Shown: positions 58,574 to 64,000 of the stretch, piece by piece
How the letters are laid out: the number at the start of each line of letters is the position of its first letter
Numbering within the stretch: the first letter of the stretch is position 1
From: Dictyostelium discoideum
Taxonomy: Eukaryota
Length of the DNA: 64,000 nucleotides
Assembly (NCBI GenBank): GCA_000004695.1
Contig: CM000151.3
Location: 2,240,001-2,304,000 of the forward strand
Reading direction: 5' to 3'
Made by a program: the position numbers and the translations under genes
Notes under the pieces: model-generated
Database searches by the model: none
Seen by the model: the letters and a program-made list of their open reading frames with translations, nothing else
Told to the model about the DNA's origin: nothing

Positions 58574-59315
58574 GATATAATGGATTAATTAATTATTTTT
58601 AAAATTACTACTACTACATACAGTAATATCTTTTTCAATTTGTTTAAACATTGGAACTCTTGCTACTACATCTAAATTTAAACTAATAGATTTTTGTGAT
58701 GAAGAAGAAGATGATGAAGATGATTGTTGTGTTCCTGAAGAGGATGATGATGATGATGATGATGATGATTTATTAAATTTTCTACCACCTAAAGTTGGTG
58801 ATGATGAAGTTGATGGTGATTCTGAACCACTTCTTCCTAAACCGCTCTATAAATAACAAGTAATCAAGTATATTAATATATGTTAATATTTATTATAATT
58901 TTAAATTTTCATGGAGATCCTATTACACCTATTACATACATAAATAAAAGAATCAGGTATTGAAAAATGATGTTCGAATGGATTTGATAATAATACAACA
59001 TAGGCATGAGTTGAACTATTACCAACTCTATAAAGTCCTAAATATTTCTCTAAAAATGCATTTGGATTATAAACTAAATAATTATAGTAATGTGGTAATA
59101 ATTTTCTTAATTTAACTGAATCTGATTTTGATATCGTTTTCATTATAAACTTTCTATCTGCTGAAAAAATTGTAAATGATTCGCTATTTAATGATTGACC
59201 TGTTTGTGTTGTTGAATTTACTGTTGTTGTTGCTGTTGTTGTTGAATTTGATGTTACCGTTGTTGTTGTTGTTGCTGCTGTTGTTGTTGGTGGTGCTGTT
59301 GTTGTAATGATTGGT

Positions 59316-59353
<38 letters not shown>

Positions 59354-59633
59354 GCTACTATTACTACTATTAAAATTTGGTGATTGTGCAGTACTAGTTG
59401 ATGATGATGATGATGATGATGTTGTTGTCGTGTTCGTACTATTTGAAGATTTATTTTCTTTCTTTTTTCCAACATCATGTGATACAAAAGAAGACCAAGA
59501 TTTTAAGAATTCAGTTTGATCAATTCCTAATCGATTTCTTAAAACTTGAAAAACATTTGGTGAAAAATCTTTAATTGTTGATTTCTTTTCTGAACTGTGA
59601 GTAGTCAGAAAATAACAATATTTTTAAATCGGG

Positions 59634-59681
<48 letters not shown>

Positions 59682-59692
59682 AAGAAGAGATT

Positions 59693-59723
<31 letters not shown>

Positions 59724-60154
59724 TTTCTTCGGATTTAAATTATTGTTATTTTTCTAATCTACTTACATTGAAATTTTATATTTTTTAAAATGCTCAAATT
59801 GTGGTTGAGTTAAAGAATCAATTCTATCAAAACCAATTCTTAAACTAGTTCTTAATGCAATTAATGCTATATTAATTAATTCTTGAGATGGGTCAACTTG
59901 AAGTACAGGTCTCTTTGGAATTGGATTATTAATTGGTCTAAGACCATCATTACCTGTCAATGTTCCACGTGGACTTCTTTGAAAATTAATTAATTTAAAT
60001 TGTAAATTATCATCATACCCAAAATCTTCATCATCTGAATCTAATGATTGTCTTTTCTTTTTATTCTCTTGTATACTACTTGGTGGTATAACAATTGCTG
60101 GTACTGGTAATTTATTTGAATTATTATTAATATTATTAATATTATTATTATTAA

Positions 60155-60235
<81 letters not shown>

Positions 60236-60839
60236 ATGTTTGGTCAATATTTAATTTTGATATTGCTGGTAAAGTAGTAGTAGTAGTAGTAGTAGCTCTG
60301 GTATTACTATTTGAAGGTGTTGTAGCAGCAGTGGTTGTTGTTGAGGTAGTTGTTGTTGTGTTTGTATTTGGTTGAAATATAACTTGAGAATCTATTAATG
60401 ATATATTATTTCTTGTAATACTATTTGATCTTAATGGATGTGGTGAATCGATTAAAGGTATTGGTGATGATCTTTTCTCATCATTACTATCTTCACTACT
60501 ATTACCATTACCATTGCCATTCATTGCCTCTAATAATTTCTTTGCTCTATATTTTGAAACACTATCATTTCTTCTTAACTGTTTTGATTTTTCTTTATCA
60601 ATTGGATTTTCAGTATCTTCATCACTTGAATCGTCATCTGATGAATAATCATCATCATCTTCATCAGTGAATATATCATCTGATTTACCATTACTACTAA
60701 CACTATGTGGACTATTTGGTGATGATGCCAATGGTGTGTTTGTTGATGTTATCTTGTTATTATTATTATTACTATTAGGTTTTGCTATTGTGACATTTGT
60801 TTGTTTATTTGTTGGTGTTTCAACTGTTGTTGATACCAT
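57189..60839 (-). CDS. Phosphatidylinositol phosphate kinase (PIPK domain split by long low-complexity inserts); exons (minus) 60839..59767, 59594..58940, 58846..58622, 58475..57189
   Basis: Exon 1 is track ORF 59763..60839, ending ...FEHFKKYKIS with a phase-2 donor AT|GTAAGT. Exon 2 follows tcacag and reads ISEKKSTIKDFSPNVFQVLRNRLGIDQTEFLKSW...SFTIFSADRKFIMKTISKSDSVKLRKLLPHYYNYLVYNPNAFLEKYLGLYRV..THAYVVLLSNPFEHHFSIPDSFIY, donor GTATGT. These are conserved PIPK N-lobe blocks (compare FK.Y.P.VF..LRE.FGID and YDRRFVIKTV...LPQFLGMYR). Exon 3 follows tatttatag and reads SGLGRSGSES...VARVPMFKQIEKDIT, donor GTATGT. Exon 4 follows taaatag and is in frame with track ORF 57189..58454 (FLSGQEFMEYNLVIGVTKIRK...YYEIYYMVISDFYLPPKL...), the PIPK C-lobe (IMDYSLLVG-like). 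Phases are consistent. Confidence 0.7.
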
Positions 60840-61114
60840 TTGTTGTTGTTGTTGTTGTTGTTATTGTTATTGTATGGTTTTATTATTTGTTATTATTTTA
60901 TTTTATTAAAAATAATTTTAAACCAGTAAAGATTTAATTGAGTCCCTTTTTTTTTTTATTTTATTTTATTTATTTATAATTTTATTTTTTTTTTTTTTTT
61001 TTTTTTTATTATTAATTATTAATTATTCTATTGTTTTATTTATTATATTGTTAATTTTTTTAAAATACTATGATTAATTTTTTTAAATTATTACTATTGT
61101 ACAAAGTTTTTTAA

Positions 61115-61148
<34 letters not shown>

Positions 61149-61608
61149 GACAAACTATAACTATGGTAATTCACACAATAACAAAGTTTTTTATTTATTT
61201 GTTTGTTTTTATTTTTATTTTTATTTTTATTTTTATTTTTATTTTTATTTATTAATTTTTTTATTATTATTTTAAAGATTTTTTTTATGTTTATCTCTAA
61301 ATTGTATGTGAATTAGTGAAAAATGTGTGTTTGTGTGTGTATTTGTGAATGTCTGATAATGCTTTAAAAAAAAAAAAAATAAAAAAATAAAAAAAAAAAA
61401 AAAATTTGAAAAAAAAAAAAAAAAAAAAAATTAATGTGATTATCGAGAGATTTTAAAAACGTATTTAAAATGGCTATTTTAAAGTCTATATTTTTATTTT
61501 TAATTTTAGAAGCAATAATTAGTTTAAATTTTATTTATTTTTTTTTTTATTTTTATTTTTTTTTTTTTTATTTTTATTTTTTTTTTTTTTTTTTTTTTCT
61601 GTGAACCG

Positions 61609-61645
<37 letters not shown>

Positions 61646-62647
61646 ATAATAAAAAAAAAAAAAATATATTTGATTATTTTTATTTATTTATTTAATTTAT
61701 TTATTTATTATTTAAATTTTTTATAATAATAACAATAATTTCTTGGTATTATTAATGGTCCAAATTGACACATTTTTTGAAATTGATATGGGATTTACAA
61801 ATTAAAAATAATTTTTTCAGATTAATTGTGGTTTTTATTTTACTTTTTTTTTTTTAGTTTTTTTTTTTTTATTTTTTTTAAAAAAAATTTGAAAAAAAGG
61901 CTTATTCGGAAGTGACTTTGGCATTATTTTAAAATACAAAATTTTTTAAGTATCAAATATAATGATTTGTAGATATCCCTCCATAATTTTATGATTTTTC
62001 TTTGTTTCTTTTTTTATTTTTTATTTTATTTTTTACAATTTACAACATTGATCACTAAGAGAAAGGGTGATTATTAAACCAATGTTTTGAAGTGGACGAG
62101 AATTATATTTCTTATGATTGTTTAATAATTTATTTTTTATTTTGCCGAATAATATTTTTTAATGATTATTTTAAATTAAAATTAAAATTAAAATTAAAAT
62201 TAAAATTAAAATAAAAATTAAAAATAAAAATAAAAAAAAAAAATTAAAATAATTTAAAAAAATAAATTCAAAAAAAAAAAAAAAAAATAATAATAATAAT
62301 TATATATAAATATATAAATGGTAAATAACCGATTGAAAAAAGAGAAAAAAGAAAAAAGAAAAAAGAAAAAATAGATAATGATTTTTTCTGAAATTCTATT
62401 AAAAAAATAAAAAAATAGGTCAACCGGTTGTCAAACTAATAATTTATAAATATTTAATTTTTAATTTTTAATTTTTTGGTGGGCAATCAAAACGTTTAAA
62501 AAAAATAATTATATAAAAAAAGAATATAAATTTATTACCAGTTAATATAATATAATTTAAAAAATGTTAAAAGGAGTTTAATTTTTATTTTTTTTTTTTA
62601 TTTTTTTTTTTTATTTAACTTTTACCTATTTTTTTTAATTTTTTAAA

Positions 62648-62681
<34 letters not shown>

Positions 62682-63162
62682 TATTTAATGATGAAAGCTC
62701 TATTCGATCATCAAAAACATTTTCACACACTTTTTTTTTTTTTTTATCTTCGTGAAAGATGATAATATCACAAAAAAAAAAAAAAAAAAAAAAAAAAAAT
62801 AAATCCTTTATAAAATCACTGATTAAATTTTTTATTATTTTTTTATTTTTTTTTATATTTTTTATATTTTTATTTTTTTTTTTTAATTATAAATGATGAT
62901 GATTTCTATTTTTTTTTTTTTTTTTTTCTGAGTTTTTAAAGTAAAAAAAATTAATAAAATAATTGAATTTGTAATTAAAAGTAAAAAAAAATAATTAAAG
63001 TTCTATAGCTATTATTAATCAAAATTTTATTTTTAATAGATTGATTTCTTCCTTTTTTAATCTTACCATATTAAGAAAACTTGAGAAGTGTTATTTTCAA
63101 ACATTTCTTGCTTGGAAAAAAAAAAAAAAAAAATTTAACACATATTATCCGATTCTTATTAT

Positions 63163-63198
<36 letters not shown>

Positions 63199-64000
63199 AT
63201 ACATTTGAGATAATTTTTATTCTTATGAGATTTAAAAGGAAAAAAAAAAAAATAAAAGTAAAAGGAAAAAAAAAAAAAAAAAAAAAAAGTTTAATAATAA
63301 AATTTAAATAAATACACCTATTCAACAAATAATTTTGAATTTAATATTTTTTATTTTTTGTTTTTGTTTTTATATAAAATAAGTATTTTTTTAAAATTTT
63401 TTTTTTATTATCTGTTCTGTTTATTAATTGTTATTTAAGTCTTATTTTGGTTAATAAATAATTCTCCTTAAATAAAAAAATAAAAAAATAAACCATTTAC
63501 CACTTTTACCACTTTTACCACCCTCTCTACAAATATTGTTGCCACTATAAACTACTACTTCTACTACTAATACTACTACTAATACTACTACTATTACTAC
63601 CAAAAAACAATATCCACCTCACCATTAAAAATATAGGGTGTAGATTTATTTATACATATGTAAATTAAAAAAAAAATAAAAAAATAAAAAACCCACAATT
63701 TGTATAAATTGATTATTCCAAATTTGTAGATATTATTTTACAAAAAGGTGATGATAATAATCTATCTATTACCTATGTGTGACTGACCGACTGAGTGAGT
63801 GAGTGAGTGAGCGAGCATATATTGTAAATTGATTACAAATCATTTAAAATAATTAAATAAATAATATGTGCATCTAATGATCTATAAAAAAAATCTATAT
63901 ATAATATTGACATATATGTAATTGATGGTGATGATGATGATAATGATAATGATGATTATAATAATTATAATTAATATTAATATTAATATTAATAAAATTG

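Noticed and set aside
60840-64000. A possible gene in the 3.2 kb stretch upstream of the PIP kinase
   Set aside because: It is uniformly AT-rich with no ORF of normal composition on either strand. Only microsatellites are present ((GAGT)n at ~63781..63811, (ATT)n, GT-rich at ~61320). I treat it as intergenic or promoter, although micro-exon genes cannot be excluded without RNA data.

Overview
This window is AT-rich (roughly 75-80%) eukaryotic nuclear DNA with all the hallmarks of the Dictyostelium discoideum genome. Seen in sequence: poly(A)/poly(T) intergenic tracts, (AAT)n and (CAA)n repeats read in frame as poly-Asn and poly-Gln, and short AT-rich introns with GTAAGT/GTATGT donors and (t)nAG acceptors. 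Prokaryotic feature classes do not apply: I found no CRISPR array, no operons, and no tRNA or rRNA genes. The window is gene dense, and the ORF track misses most of the small first exons.

I can support about 30 protein-coding genes, most split by one to three short introns. They were identified from conserved motifs and exon phase bookkeeping only; no search was run.
- Recognisable genes: a purple-acid-phosphatase-like metallophosphoesterase, seryl-tRNA synthetase, a PRL-type tyrosine phosphatase whose CAAX box sits on a 40-nt mini-exon, and a SAP-domain protein.
- Further recognisable genes: a B-box/FNIP-repeat protein, a cytochrome P450 carrying a ~70-Asn tract, an alpha/beta-hydrolase with a poly-Gln N-terminus, proteasomal ubiquitin receptor Rpn13/ADRM1, and a Zn alcohol dehydrogenase.
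- Also recognisable: a sigma-like glutathione S-transferase, deoxyhypusine hydroxylase, a Dicer-like double RNase III protein with an N-terminal dsRBD, a large SNF2-family ATPase, tRNA m1G9 methyltransferase TRM10, and a PIP kinase.
- Several genes remain hypothetical.

The most striking structure lies at about 16.0-27.0 kb. It is a tandem array of ~1.9-2.0 kb units, each holding an inverted pair of two-exon genes. These encode ~88-aa Gly/Ser-rich, Cys-motif peptides of the hssA/2C/7E (HssA/B-like) family. There are six apparently intact copies, one copy with a frameshifted first exon, and a diverged Cys-less copy.

The array ends in a ~1.9 kb segmental duplication. This is interrupted by a 100-N assembly gap and by a GC-richer ~2 kb insertion that is itself built from ~0.9 kb tandem repeats.

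Coordinates of small exons come from manual counting anchored to the ORF track and may be off by a base or two.
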